Below are positions 1 to 22,671 of a stretch of DNA of 64,000 nucleotides, in pieces; the stretch's first letter is position 1; every line of letters begins with the position of its first letter. Source of the stretch: Lingula anatina (lineage: Eukaryota > Animalia > Brachiopoda); NCBI GenBank assembly GCA_051362555.1, contig CM120641.1, forward strand, positions 2,914,001-2,978,000. The letters are read 5' to 3'. Below the pieces are notes generated by a model that searched no databases, was not told the origin of the DNA, and saw only the letters and a list, made by a program, of their open reading frames with translations. The translations under genes were made by a program, and so were the position numbers.

Positions 1-274
1 TCTTGCCTTGTATTCTTCAATGTCAAAAATAAAGGAATAGCATACATAAAGGGTTGAGGAAACAGACCTTTGACACTTTAAACCAAAACTGGTTTTGATA
101 TCAACATTGATATCCTATTCTAATCAAGCTGTGTTCTTTCTGTAATTTGATGCTGTGTTACGGGCTGATTACACCCCAAAAATTGCAATGAAAAACACTG
201 ACCACAATTTCCTATGAAATTATCTATCATCAATAAATGTGCCATTTTCTGTGAAGCACTTTCAAATCATTCAC

Positions 275-3200
275 CTTCTAGCTTGTCCATATTCATTAAG
301 TCTTGTTTGACCTTTTCCATCTCCATTCACCATGTGTTGGCCTGCTTCAGATTCATTTTCTGACAATGGCTGAAGTCCTAACAGTGACCGCACTCGAGAT
401 GACCTCACATCTATTATTGTATCCGTGTACCCTATTTCTTGAAGATATCTGAGGAAAAAATATCATGTAATAATTTTTCTGAGCCAGCATCACATCTACC
501 TATTTATAAATATACTACTTCTATGGAGTCATTTCACCTATGCCACCCATAAATTAACCTAATTTACAGAAGAAATTATTTATTTTTTCTATGCCCTGAA
601 GCAGATTAAAAAAAAAACCTGTTCAACACTATCTGTCATGTTATAACATGAAGTTCATCTAATTATTTTAAAAACCCATGTGATTCTCAGGTCCCTTTCT
701 GTCATCATTACTACAATTGTTCTCGCAAGTATGATCATCACAAGATCTTTCCATATCATCAGATGACTTCTTTCCAGTGAAAACAAAGCCAAGAAAATGC
801 CAATGCTTATGCATTGAGAATCCCTGCTAAGAAAGTAAACACTTTCAAAGTCACCAGTTCCTGCATGCTGAATAATTCAGCAAGTATGGTTATGTATGGC
901 TCGTAAGTTGTAATATGGGATTATTTAAAGAATAATTAAAGGAAATCTTTGAACTTACTGTCTAAGTAATTGCCGTCCTTGCCTCCAGGAGGCATTGCTG
1001 TTGGAACTTGTAACTGGCTCAGGATCTAAAATTTCTTCTACAAAAGTAAAATAGATAAAAAAACATCATCTATTACGTTGTTTGTGGTTTCATGGATTTC
1101 TATTGGATTTTGGTTTCACGGATTTTCTATTCTATATCTATTTAGTGATAGTTATTACTTATTTCAGAACAAAATATTTATGAAACAGCTACATTTTGTT
1201 CTTGTCAAAAAAACAACAGAATGTTGGTAGACTGGTGAACGACTCTCACTCTGGGTAGAAACTGGCTCGTTAATTTTTATATAAAACTGAAATAAAGCGG
1301 GCAAAATTCAACATTATCACTACTGGATTACATAAAATTAAGAATGAAAATAAATACAGATAGAACTTCCAATTAGTAGATCTGACTAAACTATACCTTC
1401 TGTTTTCTTGTCAAAGTCTGGTGGTTTTATGTCTGCCTGATTCAGTTCTGTTCCATATTTTAATTTGTGATATTTAGCCCTGAAATACAAAACAAGACAT
1501 ATATTCACATTTTTCTTGTACTTTGAGATAATATTTCCTTTTAAGACAATAAGCAAAGCTCACCATTTGAATTTTAAGCAGCTGGATTTAAAACTTTTCA
1601 AACACAATTTGCTGCAACCTACCTTTCTTGTTTTAAAGCAAACTCCAGCATTTTTATTCTGCGTACTAAATCCTGTTTCAGATTTTCTTGTCCTTTTCTC
1701 TCTCCCTGAAGGAATGCTATGCGAGCCTGAAAAGAAACACAAGGAACAAACTTAATGTGCTATCTTATAAAAACAAAACCACTATCAGCTGTCCAAGTTG
1801 AAGCACATGATCCTAAACCTTTATCTTAATCCTTACACTACCCATTAAATATACATGTAGCCAAAACAAAAAACAATAAAATTAAGATTGGGGATAAAAA
1901 AATGTTGATCATCAATTGGCCCTGGACCTGGAACAAGCATAGCCCATATTTCCAGAGTGGAGTCCAGCTGACAAATACAAAGACTTGACATTCAACTTCT
2001 ATCGCTAGTAATAGGCACCGTTTCCTATGTATCTGATAACATTTGTTTACATTTATTTGATCTTCTGTACTACTATTCTACAAAGTATCAACTTTTTCTT
2101 CATCACCTCTTGGCACTAAAATTCTTTCAGGATGGAGAAAAAATAAGGAGGGTTTGTTATGTAAAACGAAAACAATTTATTTCTCACAATTAAAACAAAA
2201 AAAAAATGTAAATCAATATACTGCAGTTAAATAGCTATCATTCCTTATATGTTACATTTACATATATTCATCACTTTTTGTTTTTTTAAACTCACATTTT
2301 TTTCTTCTCCAAACAGTGAAAGAAAAAACTGTAGGCAAATATATTAAGATTTTATCATTTCCCTGCATTCTTTTGTGACTGAATGAGATCAGAATAGATG
2401 CAGAGGTTAAATGTGGAATACCAGGGCAAACAATCCTTTGTATACAAAACAGTGGTGTTGATATCAGATAGCTTACTGAATGCCTTTTCACTGCAATACA
2501 ACAACATTCCAGTGACATAAGAAACCAAACAAAACCTAGTTCAGCTGATATTTGCAGTGAGTTGACTCTGACCGAAAAAAATTGCAACAATGTTACTTCT
2601 CCAAACAACCATCGCCTACGTATATTATACCAAAAGAAATCATATGTGTAAACTCGGTATTAAATCATTAAATTTTTTCACACATACCTCTTCAGCATTA
2701 CTGTGTCCTCATTAATTAATATGCAAAACCTAAGACAGAATTTACTGAGGAATACGACATCCAATTAAACAGAGTACATCTATTTTTTTTTTACAAATCA
2801 GTGATTTTATAAGTTACATAATAGATTTACTACATATCAGTACCAATATTCACACAATATCTATTACCCTCATTGATAGAATAAAATCATTATGAGAATG
2901 GTGCAGTTTATCACTTTATCATAAAGACTGATTTTGAAACTGGAATAGATTGATGAATTTTGCTGATTACTGGTTAAAACAAATCCCTACTGCTCTCAAA
3001 TATAACTGCATGTCTAAATGATAAATAATTGTTAAAAATAATCTACTATTTAATTACACAAAATTTTCATAAAAAAATATAATTTCTTAACAAATTGCCA
3101 AGCTGACTTATTTTACACTGACGTTTCTTATATATATATGATATTTGAGCTTTCTGGTGTCACTGTGTTTTGCAAATATTAATTAAGTGATCTCATCTGC

Positions 3201-4209
3201 AAATGTTGCATATTGTAACAGTAGGGGAACATGGCTTTTTTCACATTTGTACATGATTTTTATGACTATTACAATATATTAAAATTGCATCAAGTACTTA
3301 ATACCTTCATGAGGGCAAAATGTATGATTAATTTCCTACACATTTCTTTTAAATTTTTCAAAATGAATATCAATTTCTTGTCTTGATAACAGGATGTCCA
3401 AACAAATAAAGAGAATTTGACATTTAGGAAAATGTTAAATTTCATAATTATGAAAAATATTCACATCATTGTTATATACAGTTCTCAACTTCACATTTGT
3501 TCTATAATCTCATCCACCAATGCATCCGATGGTCATCATTTAAGATTGTCATGTTTAATTTCATTATCTGTGTTTGAATTTTATTAAGGTAATGCCTCTT
3601 ACATTGTGCTTAGCATGCTTTTAGGCAATACATAAAATTGAAGTGGGTTGGGTTTCGTAAATAAGCATTTATACAAAAGTAGAAAACTGTGAAACAACTG
3701 ATGCCTGGTTAGACCACTGAGAGGATAAAATAACTATGTAAGTATCGTCATGTCTTTTAAAGCAGTGCATTCTGTTCGAAAACCCGATTGATTACTCATT
3801 GACATATTCTTTATTGAGAAAAGCAAAAGGACGCCATCTTTGAATTCAATATGGCGGACACATTTCAAACTCGCGATTAATTCCTGAAAGCTATCGTACA
3901 TCTTTAAACCATCGATCTGCATGTGCCATTGTTCGCACCAAAGACGCCATTGTCTTTTTAAAATTCATTCACAAACGTAACTTCTGATCATTAACTGCTT
4001 ACCTGCAATTCTGCTCTTTCAACTTCCCATTGCGATCTTTCCATCTCAAACCGAGCCCATTCTGTTTGGAGAAAATGAAGAATCCCTGGCATTGAATACT
4101 GCTGACGTTGTCCATATTCCTCTTGGTTAGGTTTTCCGTTGAAATTATTCCCTCCGACATTTGGGCCATACTGGCCACCGTGGTTTGATTGAGGTCCCTC
4201 TTCCATCAT
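275..4209 (-). CDS. STRN: Striatin family protein (STRN/STRN3/STRN4 co-ortholog), 5' part; gene continues off the left edge
   Basis: Exons 4209-4003, 1726-1623, 1479-1397, 1037-959, 448-275, all GT-AG and in phase. The translation includes YSMPGILHFLQTEWARFEMERSQWEVERAELQARIAFLQGERKGQENLKQDLVRRIKMLEFALKQERAKYHKLKYG and SWRQGRQLLRQYLQEIGYTDTIIDVRS, the caveolin-binding, coiled-coil and calmodulin-binding segments of striatins. Confidence 0.96.
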
Positions 4210-4535
4210 CTTGCAAGCATCGCCATTACTTATTCAGTGGAGAGAGGGCGCTGTGGTAAATGACGTCAACAAAACAATCCAGTTCCAGCAGAAATCTATT
4301 TCTACAGTTAAAACAATAATTAATATACTGTAGCGTTTAACTTGACGTATAGAATAGCTATTATTATTAGAACTATCATGGTTTCTAGACGGAATACAAA
4401 ACTACATGCCATTGGGAAAACTTGCATTTCCACTTTTGCAGATTTTTTTTATTAACGGCTCATGTTGATCTTCTTTTGCAGCAAGAGACCACAAATTTAG
4501 ATAAATTGCAGACTGGAAATTTGGAACACAGAAAC
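4210..4535. promoter_or_regulatory. Putative bidirectional promoter shared by striatin and AP4S1
   Basis: The two ATGs are only ~330 bp apart in divergent orientation. There is a perfect CRE (TGACGTCA) at 4261-4268, and YY1-like GCCAT/ATGGCG motifs at ~3831-3857, ~3945 and ~4221. Confidence 0.65.
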
Positions 4536-6435
4536 ATGTTAAATTTTATTTTGTTAGTGAACAAACAAGGACAAGTTAGACTTAGTCAATATTTTAAGCA
4601 CCAGGACGAAAATGAAAGGAGGGATATTGAACCTGAGATTGTAAAGAAATGCCTAAATAGACAAGAAAACCAGGTACTCACGAAAAACATATTTTGCAAA
4701 AAAGCACCACAAGTGTCACACATTGATGTATGAAAATTTGACATGTAGCTTGTGAAGTTGTGCCATTACATTCTGTAACATACAGTCAGTGTACATACAT
4801 ATATATTGTGTCATTGTCACACTGTCACTGTAGCAATAAAATGCATTCATTACCACGACAATTTTAGATCTCCTGAGATGTAATACCAGTATGTGTGCTA
4901 ACACATGAAAGATAAAATTTCACATAAGTTCCAAACTGGAAATGACGATCAGCTAGGGTGTCAGGACCAATGCGGGGGCTCACAATTTTTTTTACTGACT
5001 CCTCACCTCCTAAAGTCGCACACTGCTGAAAAGCTTATCTTCCTGTTGTAATATCACTGTGAATATCACATATTTACTGCATATAACATGAAGTCAAATG
5101 TACGTATTTTAAGTCCAGATTTGCTCTCACTTTGATTTCAGTGTTCATTCCTGGATTATAAGCAGTATAGAATTATTTATAGGAAATATGCTTCTCTGTA
5201 TTTCATTGTGGCTGCAGATGAAGAAGACGTAAGTTACAATGTATCTGTTAATATTTTGTGCCTTGTTTTACATACAAATTTAGAGTTTTGTATAAACAAA
5301 TACATAATATGAAGAATTTGAAGAACCTAGTACAATCCAGTACAATAAGAAATATCCACTATTGGAAAGTATTGTTTCTTTGAATGTTTTATTGTAAATA
5401 CACACAACTTTGTTTGTTTGCTTTACTGATATATAGTTCTTTGATTTTGCATGGTAATGTGAATATCTTTCTCATTGTAGATATTTAAGTATAAAACAAA
5501 GACTTTGCATACTTGAATTTATGTAAATAATAAGTGGTATAAATAGTTCTATAGACAGCCAACACTATTAACATGAAACGTTAAAAGCTGGATAAATTAT
5601 TATTATTATTATTATTAATCTGTGACCCTACTGAAGTCAAGTTATTTGATTTTCATTTTTAGAATGAGATGGCAGTATATGAGTTCATCCACCATTTTGT
5701 AGAAACTTTAACATCTTATTTTGATAAAGTGGTAAGTATATTTTTCTTCATTTTAAGCTGAAGACATAAGACCTGCACCTGCACAAGTTTGTAAAATATG
5801 CAAATTATACATTTATTATAAACTTAACATTATTTCTATACGTAATATGGTATGTATTTATTTGAAAGAAAATGAAACTAAATAATAAAGTTGATAAGCC
5901 AGCTTGATATTAAAAATTAAAAACAATAATAGGTTGCTTCATTTTGATTTCAGACGGAGATAGATGTATCCTTTACAGAAATTGGTAACCTTAGAAACAA
6001 GCCATATTTAAGAAAAAAATATATTTAGTCCAGAATTGTTAAGTTAGAAGGTTGATAAATTAAAATATTCTTTTAACTATATAACTTACTCAACGTATTA
6101 GAAGTATTACTCAAGTTTCATTGTATATCAAATACATATTTCTGCAAGGAAAGGTATTGCTATTGTTAAGAAAATTGTAAAGGTATAAAAAGGTAAGATG
6201 TTTACAAATAGGGTCAATTGCTTTCTTTTGTTCTGTCTGTAAATGCTGTCTTTCAAATTTAATTTGAACATATAATGTGAAATGAAATTTCTTAACTCAA
6301 TAACAGATCATGTTTAACATGGACAAAGTTCATATGATATTGATGGAGATGGTACTTAATGGAGAGATAGTTGAAACCAATAAAAACAGAATTCTGGCTC
6401 CATTACGGACAATGGACCATGCTTCCAAAAGATAG
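4536..6435 (+). CDS. AP4S1: AP-4 complex subunit sigma-1, complete, 144 aa
   Basis: Exons 4536-4673, 5142-5228, 5663-5731, 5954-5965, 6307-6435 give [20 protein letters not shown]...[21 protein letters not shown]...[16 protein letters not shown]...[41 protein letters not shown]. This is an adaptin small chain with sigma-4 signatures (NKQGQ.RLS; VETN..RILAPL). Confidence 0.95.
5966..6306 (+). other. U12-type (minor spliceosome) GT-AG intron in AP4S1
   Basis: The 5' splice site is GTATCCTTT (5966-5974). The branch point TTCTTAAC (~6289-6296) lies 10 nt before the end of the intron, with no polypyrimidine tract. Confidence 0.92.
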
Positions 6436-8228
6436 CTGAAAATGCTGGACATTGATTGTTTTGCTTTTGGATGCTACTTGTGTGTCAAATTCAGGATTCT
6501 GGGGCTCCTGAATTACAGGTGTCAGATGAAGAGGTTTCTGAAAAATTTGAAAACAGAGGAGAATGGTTTTCTTTGAATTTACCTAACTCAAAGATGCCAT
6601 TTGTTATTTGAATTGGCGGTGTGAGCAGTAATGTTAAACAGTTAAAGTGCCTTTTTGTAAGTCTTTGTGTACTAGAAATTGCAATTTTTTTTCCAAAATT
6701 TCACTTTTAAAAATAGCATTCTAGCTCTTGCAGCTTTAGCATTCTCTCTTTAGCTAAAAAGGTTTGAACCAGAGGATGCATCTCTTCTGTTTTGCAGATC
6801 TATATTACATATTTCAATCTGTCTGTCCGTTAGAAGGAATTGACCCGCTAGAATTAAACATTTCCAGCTGACTGTGCTGGCTGCTGTATTCCCCAGTGTG
6901 TTAGTTCCCTACAACTGGTGTAAAAGTCCACAGTGGTCCAGAGACCATGCAGTTCATACCTCTCCACTTGAATTAAACTGCAACAATACACCAGTCTAGT
7001 CAGGCATTGGGTAGGACGTGAGATGATTTTTAACATGAGAATTGTAAGTGCCAGAGATATGTTTAAGTCAGTTTTAACATAAATAAACATTCACACTGTC
7101 AAAAATACCCTCTTTAATAATAATAAAAGAAGTGAAGAAAGTTGCAATGTGTCTGGAATTGGTTTGTTAATGTTCTTATGCCGTGTTGATTATTGTTATT
7201 TCAGAATATAATGTATAGTAAAATTGCAGACTGAGAACTGGATATTTTGATGCAGTGTGAGATGCTGTCATTCAATGTCCAAGTGTTGGAACATACAAAA
7301 AGATGAGAAACCAATTAACACTCATGTTCTAGCAAGGAACTAAATCTATCCACTTCCTTGGTTCTAGTCAGTGTCAGTCTGTTAGTGCACTTAGGGGTAC
7401 ACCTTTGTAGTAGCACAATTTTTTTGACACACCTACCACAATGAGGGATGTAAAATTAGGGTCTTTCTAAAAACAAACACATTTCCAGTACTGTTACCAG
7501 TTTATTCACTTATCAATATAATTCCCTGTCTTAATTTAAAGTGTTGTAATAGAAAATAAATTTTGATACACATCAATCACCATTATGCCATTCTAATTGC
7601 ACCATACATCTTATAGTAGATAGTTGCAAGTTTTTTTCTTCTTTTTTACCTACCTAGTTGAACTTTGACAACAAATAAAAGGCTGAAAAACAAATACTGA
7701 GTGCCCAGCAATTAATACATCATTCTGACAGAAATCTTTGACAACAAGCTGTCAAAATGAGTGTTTTATCATTTAGGTCAATAACTGTATATGAACTGTT
7801 AAAGATGGGATATTGTAACATTAACTTATGTTTCACTTTATAACCACAATTAAACTGTGTGGCATAAAAGACCTGAGAGGCATTGATACCCTGACAGCAG
7901 ATAAAGACAGCAGGCATGACACCCAGTCTTTACACAAATCAATCACAAAACTGACAGAAAATGATAAGGTCAAACTTCATTTACTTCCTCTTCACTGTAA
8001 CAATTAATTTGTGCCACTGCTGAATAGCATTCATGCATGGGCCAAGCATGTTTATATTTAATATTATGTATTCTAAGTCTGCTACAGCTCCAGTTGTGCC
8101 TGGTCCATATGTTGACAGTACTTCATGGAATTCTGTTGGTGTAGCTGGACATGTAACATGACCAGGCCTAGCAGCGTGACTTTATGTTGTCATCAAAGTC
8201 ATGTACCAGTATATCAAGAGATCCACTG

Positions 8229-16617
<8,389 letters not shown>

Positions 16618-16619
16618 CT

Positions 16620-16925
16620 TAGCACGCCGGTAGCCATCCACATGGTAAAAAATATACTAAACATATCCCAGCATTCGTTTGCACTTCCTTTACATCTTGA
16701 GACCTCTCATTTCATTGGTTAGAGATCTCCTGTTTAAACAAAGAAATACATGGTATTTATGTAAAAATAAACCAATAAAAAGCAATATATCAAGTGCATA
16801 TATTTCGCGGCAAGTGATCAAAAGGGGAATGAGCAGGGAAGCCTAAGCGTATTAGAAGTATTTTTCTGTGGAACATCATTTACTGAAAACTTGTCTTGCT
16901 CTGCAAGGAAGAGGGCGCACAGGTG
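16620..16925. promoter_or_regulatory. Putative bidirectional NVL/Dicer promoter and probable non-coding first exon of Dicer
   Basis: Locally CpG-richer sequence. It contains a ZNF143/Staf-like ACATATCCCAGCATT (~16661-16675), opposed CCAAT boxes (ATTGG ~16714, CCAAT ~16772) and E2F-like TTTCGCGG (16803-16810). A candidate donor CACAG|GTGTGT lies at ~16922. The Dicer ATG at 17846 directly follows an acceptor (TTTAG|ATG), which implies an upstream UTR exon. Confidence 0.55.
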
Positions 16926-17845
16926 TGTAGACTTTATGATTGAAACGATGCTGTTTTCTATTTGATAATCGCACTTTTTACTCAAAGGTGAATTAAAACA
17001 TGAATATGTGAAGATACTGACTACTGCCTGGTAATGGTACAGTATTGTGTTATCTCAGTGATGTTTGTCTATGTAACGTAGATTATATATTAATATGGCA
17101 GTGAATATAGTGATGGATTCTAGATTATATGTGTTGGGGGATGGGAGGGGGGAGTGCAGGACCTCCCCCTTTTTGAAGTTCTTCCTCCTCCCCGCCTCTT
17201 CTACGCTTTAATCCATATTCCTAATTAATGGCATGATCATGCGTTGTATTTTGGTGTTAGCTAGCACCTTTGGAAATGAAAATTGTGATAGAGTTGGGGG
17301 GGGGGGGGGGGGGGGGAGCTACAAGTGTCCTACCAAAAATGTACAATAATTACTGGTATGTTGTCAAACGTGTATTCTACTGATAACTGCCAAATAAAAT
17401 TAAACTTTATTCAAGATTATTTTCAACAAAGGAGACTCCAAAATAAATGTTTAAGTTCATAAATTTGAGAGATATGATCAATCAGAAGGAATTTTGATTA
17501 TTTAATTTCATTGTGGAATCAGCTACAGTACAGTACATGTATTTGCATGACAGTGTATTTGGCAAGGGTAACATTAAAATAATTCTCATTCCACCACACA
17601 TGATTTTTACTAAATGTGTTTTTAATATAATTTCAATATATTTTGAAGTAAAACTTTGCTGAATAAACTTATAGGTCCTGAGGATATTGCATGTTTCTTT
17701 TATATAAATAAAGCTTAGTAAAAATAATTTATTTTATGCAAGTGTCACTAGATTCATAATTAATTGTAAATTTATGTACTAGTAACTAGTCTTATACTTT
17801 ATGTATGCTGTATGTATTATAAATAATCCACTTTTATTACTTTAG

Positions 17846-20840
17846 ATGGGCAGCAAAAATGAACCAGAAGGTAGTCGCAAACCCATTAGAAATAGGAGGG
17901 ATGAATTTATACCCACAGACAACTTTACACCAAGAACATTCCAGGTATTGTTGGTAGAATACAGAGCACTGTGACTGGAAGATTTGAAGTGACAGCACAG
18001 CTTGGAAGTAATAGTGTTCATGCCTTATAAATGGATTAGGCGTTTACTAACACTACCTGCAGATCTTTTAGCACTAACACCCATATTAATCACAAAACCC
18101 AAGAATTAACCAAGCCAAGCCAAATTATTTAGCACCAATAAAGCAGTACTTAGCACTAACATTCATCTGCTCTGGTAGTGCTGGTTAATTTATGGGTTAT
18201 GTGGTCAAAACGCCTAATCCATTTATAGGGCCTGGTATTTACAGTAGCTTATTTTCTGTTTCAAAGTGAGTTAAATAGCCTAGGATACTTTGCTGAATTT
18301 TTTTTTGGAGGAGATATATTTTAACATTTTAAGGCATAAATGCATTGAAATATACCATTGAGACACACCTGTATTGTGTTTTTATGCTTTTAACTAATGC
18401 CCATTGTGAACTTCACCTATTCTTCCATATAAAAACTGCAATGTACTGTACCTACTAGATCAATGTTTGTCATTGCTAGCTAGAATGAGCCCACTTGGGA
18501 AATCTTAAATTTTGACAGTTCAGATGTGGTTAACAAGGTATATTTACGTCAATACTTTTAATCAGTCATTTTGATACAAAACATTTACCCTTTTTTGACT
18601 AAAAACAAAGCTGAATTATGTTAGAATCTGTCAGGTATTGATAAAATTAAAATACTTGGATTGGGATATCTAATAGAAAATAAGGATTTCAACAAGAAGG
18701 CTATTTTATCACAGACTGGAGATGAGAGATTTATAGATTTTTTTGTGGAATCTCAATTTCAGGTAAAAGCTTAGGCATATTTTTGTTATTCATCTAATGC
18801 AGTGCTTTCTGCTCTGATCTACTTTTATCAATGAATTATTTATCTCCCCTAGCCATTTTCAATTTTATCCTCACTCTGGTTAACATGTCTTTAATATCCA
18901 ATGTCTTCTCCAGGTGGATCTCTTAGACAATGCAATTCATCAGAATACAATAGTATGTCTTGGGAGAGGGACAGGAAAGACCTTTATTGCTGTCATGCTG
19001 ATAAAAGAGCTGGCCTACCAGATACGGAAAGATGTGCAAAATGATGGGAAAAGGACATTCTTCCTTGTAGAAAGTGGTAAGCTTTGTGTGTAACTGAAAT
19101 TTAAGACCAGGAACCTCTTTACTTCTTCAAAACCAAGAAGTAAAATTTCTAACACTGGTTTAAGATAATTTTGTTGCATATTGTCGAAACTTGTAAAAAG
19201 ACCAGAAACAAAGATAAATCACATTGTTTTTTCTAATTGTTTGATATATTATACTTTCGTTGTGAAGTAAGTTTTATCTAAAAACGTCTGTACATTGAAC
19301 CTCCAGAGTTTTACCTTACTATTTACTTTGATTGTGTAAGTCTAAACAATCTAAATATATCAGCAAAAATATTTTTACAGTGCCATTAGTTGCTCAACAG
19401 GCCAAGGTTTTGAGGCTCCACACGGATGTGTGTGTGGGAGAGTATGTGGCAGCTATGGGTGTGGACTCATGGGAGAAAGAAAAATGGTCAAAAGAATTTC
19501 AACAAAAGCAGGTATATGAAACATACTGGTCAGGTTAGGGGTGACCCTTTCCAGTGGATCTGTTATCCCCCATATCATCCCCACCCTCCACTCACCTCTT
19601 CATGTTTTGTAATTCCAAAAACATTTTAATATATACAGATATAATGAAATATGTATAGTGACATATATATATATATGTTTGTATAGTGTTTAAGTCTTTT
19701 CTTTACTGTAAGTCAATTTTCATCCCAGGCAGTTGACTTTTGGTTGAAGTCATTGTTAGTTATTCTTCTTTTGACATGACTTACAGTACATATATCAGCT
19801 TTATAGAGTCTCTGCTCAGTGCTGGGGCTTTTTTTTTAAAAAAGGATACCCATCTCTTTGGATGAGTCAGTTTAGAAAGGAGTAAGTTTTCTGTACAGTC
19901 ATGACATTTACAGCTTATGGTGCAAATTTTGTGTTAATTTAATTCCCAAATAAATTTCTTATTTACAGTTGCTTTACACACTCTAGCTCCATGTAATGAA
20001 ACAGTAAACAACTTGAATAAAGGTCTGTCATATTTTCAGGTCCTGGTAATGACAGCACAGATATTCCTTAACATTCTTCACCATGGGTTCTTTCCCATGT
20101 GGAAAGTCAACCTCATTGTGTTTGATGAGTGCCACCATGCAGTGAAGAGCCACCCGTATGTCAAAATCATGGACCACTTTGGCCAGTGCGACCCCCTGCA
20201 CTACCCAAGGATATTAGGACTCACTGCCTCCATCCTTAACAGTAAATGTAAAACACCAGATGAGCTGGAGAGGAAGATGGGGGAACTGGAGGTGACGTTA
20301 CATAGTTCAGCTGAGACTAGTACAGATATGATCTCACTGGAGACGTATGGAGCCACACCCAAAGAGACCATTGTTGAATGTGATTTATATGAAGACTTCA
20401 CAGGATTAGTGTCCCAGTTTGGTAGGACATAAAAAGATAAAATTTTAACAAAAGTTATTAATATTTTTTGTTAAATTCATCAGACTTTTTTCTGTGTACT
20501 ATTTTACTGGTTCCAAACTGACAGGTAAAACTATCCCAAATGTTAGAATTACGTTGGATTGAAGAAAAAGAGAAAAAAAAACTTTTTGCCAGTTTAGTAT
20601 TGATTTTGTATCCAGTTTCATTTTTGAACTTTGGCAGCATGGATGAATAGTAATTTGATTGTTATTGAATAAAATAAAGAGGGAAAGATATAGAATTGCT
20701 AAAACATAGCCACATTACATTACTAGAAGCAAACATTTCATATTGATGCAATGTGATCTCTCACTAACAGATAGCTGTGAGGTTTTGCTATCATATGATC
20801 TTGGTGAAGGCCTCAACTGCAAAACATTTTCTCTCTTCAA

Positions 20841-20937
<97 letters not shown>

Positions 20938-22586
20938 TGTGTATTACCTTTTTTTCTTCAGATGTCATTCTCAATTCAGCCTTAGACTTTCTCAATGACA
21001 GTAACATTGCCTTCAGTGAGGAGGAGAATGAGAGAGACCCCTGTGCTATACCAAGGACAGTGCTAGTAGAGTGTTTGGTGAGCTTCTTTGATATGTTAAA
21101 CAAACACATACCATACCATTCCAAAGGTGAAAAATTTAGTTTCCTTTTATAACCAGAACACTTTGGGGCATTTAAGACATTTGTCATGCCTCCCAGCATA
21201 AATAAAAAATTAGCAATTAATGTTTTCATTACATTCATGTTGGAGAAAGGTGGTTGTTATTCATTCCAATTAACAACATATTTATTTATTAGAATTGCTT
21301 TATATTATTAAACTTGTTAAACATGAAAATGCACATAAAATTTGAACAGTGCTCATCATTGTTCCATAGCATAAGTCAAGTAATATTTCCATGGTTTCCC
21401 TCATATTCTTAAGCAAAACACATTTATAATTTTGACACTGCATCTTTATTTTTATCTTTTTCAACAGGTTTCACTACATCAGTTAGGGCCATGGTGCTGT
21501 GACCGCCTTGCTCAAGCTTTCCACAAGCAGTTAGATAAGATACTCGCTCATGAGGCCATGGACATCAATATTCAACTGATTATATATACCCAAACCCAAC
21601 TCAGAATGATCCACAATCTTTTTATCCACAAGTATGACAGATTGCAAAGTTTGGAGGAGTTACTGAGCTTTGTCAGTCCAAAGGTGCTCAAAACTCTGGA
21701 GATTCTCCGGGAATATAAGCCTGATGATGACTTCATGATCATTGGAGGCGGCCCCACGGAGTACATGGATATGGATGCAGAAGTGGCGTCAGATGACTCA
21801 TTTGATACGGATGAGGACGATGATTACGATGAGCCGTTCTTTGACATGTCCAAGCAGCAGCAGCAGCATAGCCAGATTCACTACATAGCTAGAAAACGCT
21901 CCTCTGATGAAAATGTCACAGAGGAGAAAGAAGGTGCATTGTGTGGGATTGTGTTTGTTGAGAGAAGACACGCTGCTTTTGCCCTCCACAAACTAATCGA
22001 GGAACTTTGCAACTGGGACACTGAACTGTTCTTTGTGAGGAGCAGTCACATCACTGGGCACTCTGCCAAATCTGGCGGTGTTCGAACTAAGGAGACAGAG
22101 AATCAGTTCCGAAAACAGGAGGAAATTCTTCGCTCTTTCCGCTGCCAGGAGGTCAACCTGCTGGTGGCTACCAGTGTGGTAGAGGAGGGGGTGGATGTAC
22201 CCAAATGTAACTTGGTCATCCGCTTTGATCCCCCCAGTAACTACCGGTCATATGTGCAGTCTAAGGTCAGGGACAATTTTATTATTTTGTCGTAGAAATG
22301 TGGTTGGTGTATCAGACTTTTGTTGTGTTTTACCCTTGAGATGATCAAAATATTTATTGTATCATTTGTGTGAGGACAAAAGATGGTTTGAGTGTACTTT
22401 TGTATATTTGGAGTAGGGGAGGGTTTGGAATAATATATAATAGTATGGAGGGTGAGACAGCTTGACCTTGTATGAAAGTGCAAACTCAACGTGGCAGAAA
22501 CTAAATTGTTAGGCATTGGTGAGTGTAGATGGGGTCAGAAAAATTCTAGGCTGTACACAGGCTCATAGAAAACTGCCTATTATTAA

Positions 22587-22671
<85 letters not shown>

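Noticed and set aside
17250-17285. TAGCACCTTTGGAAAT resembling miR-29; also GATATGTTTGATA at ~58635 resembling miR-190
   Set aside because: Only partial matches to the mature sequences and no precursor-sized hairpin.
20743-21238. ORFs with YIYIYI tracts; likewise the poly-Ile ORFs at 22516-22763 and the ERERER ORF at 50445-50639
   Set aside because: They are translations of microsatellites that lack stop codons.
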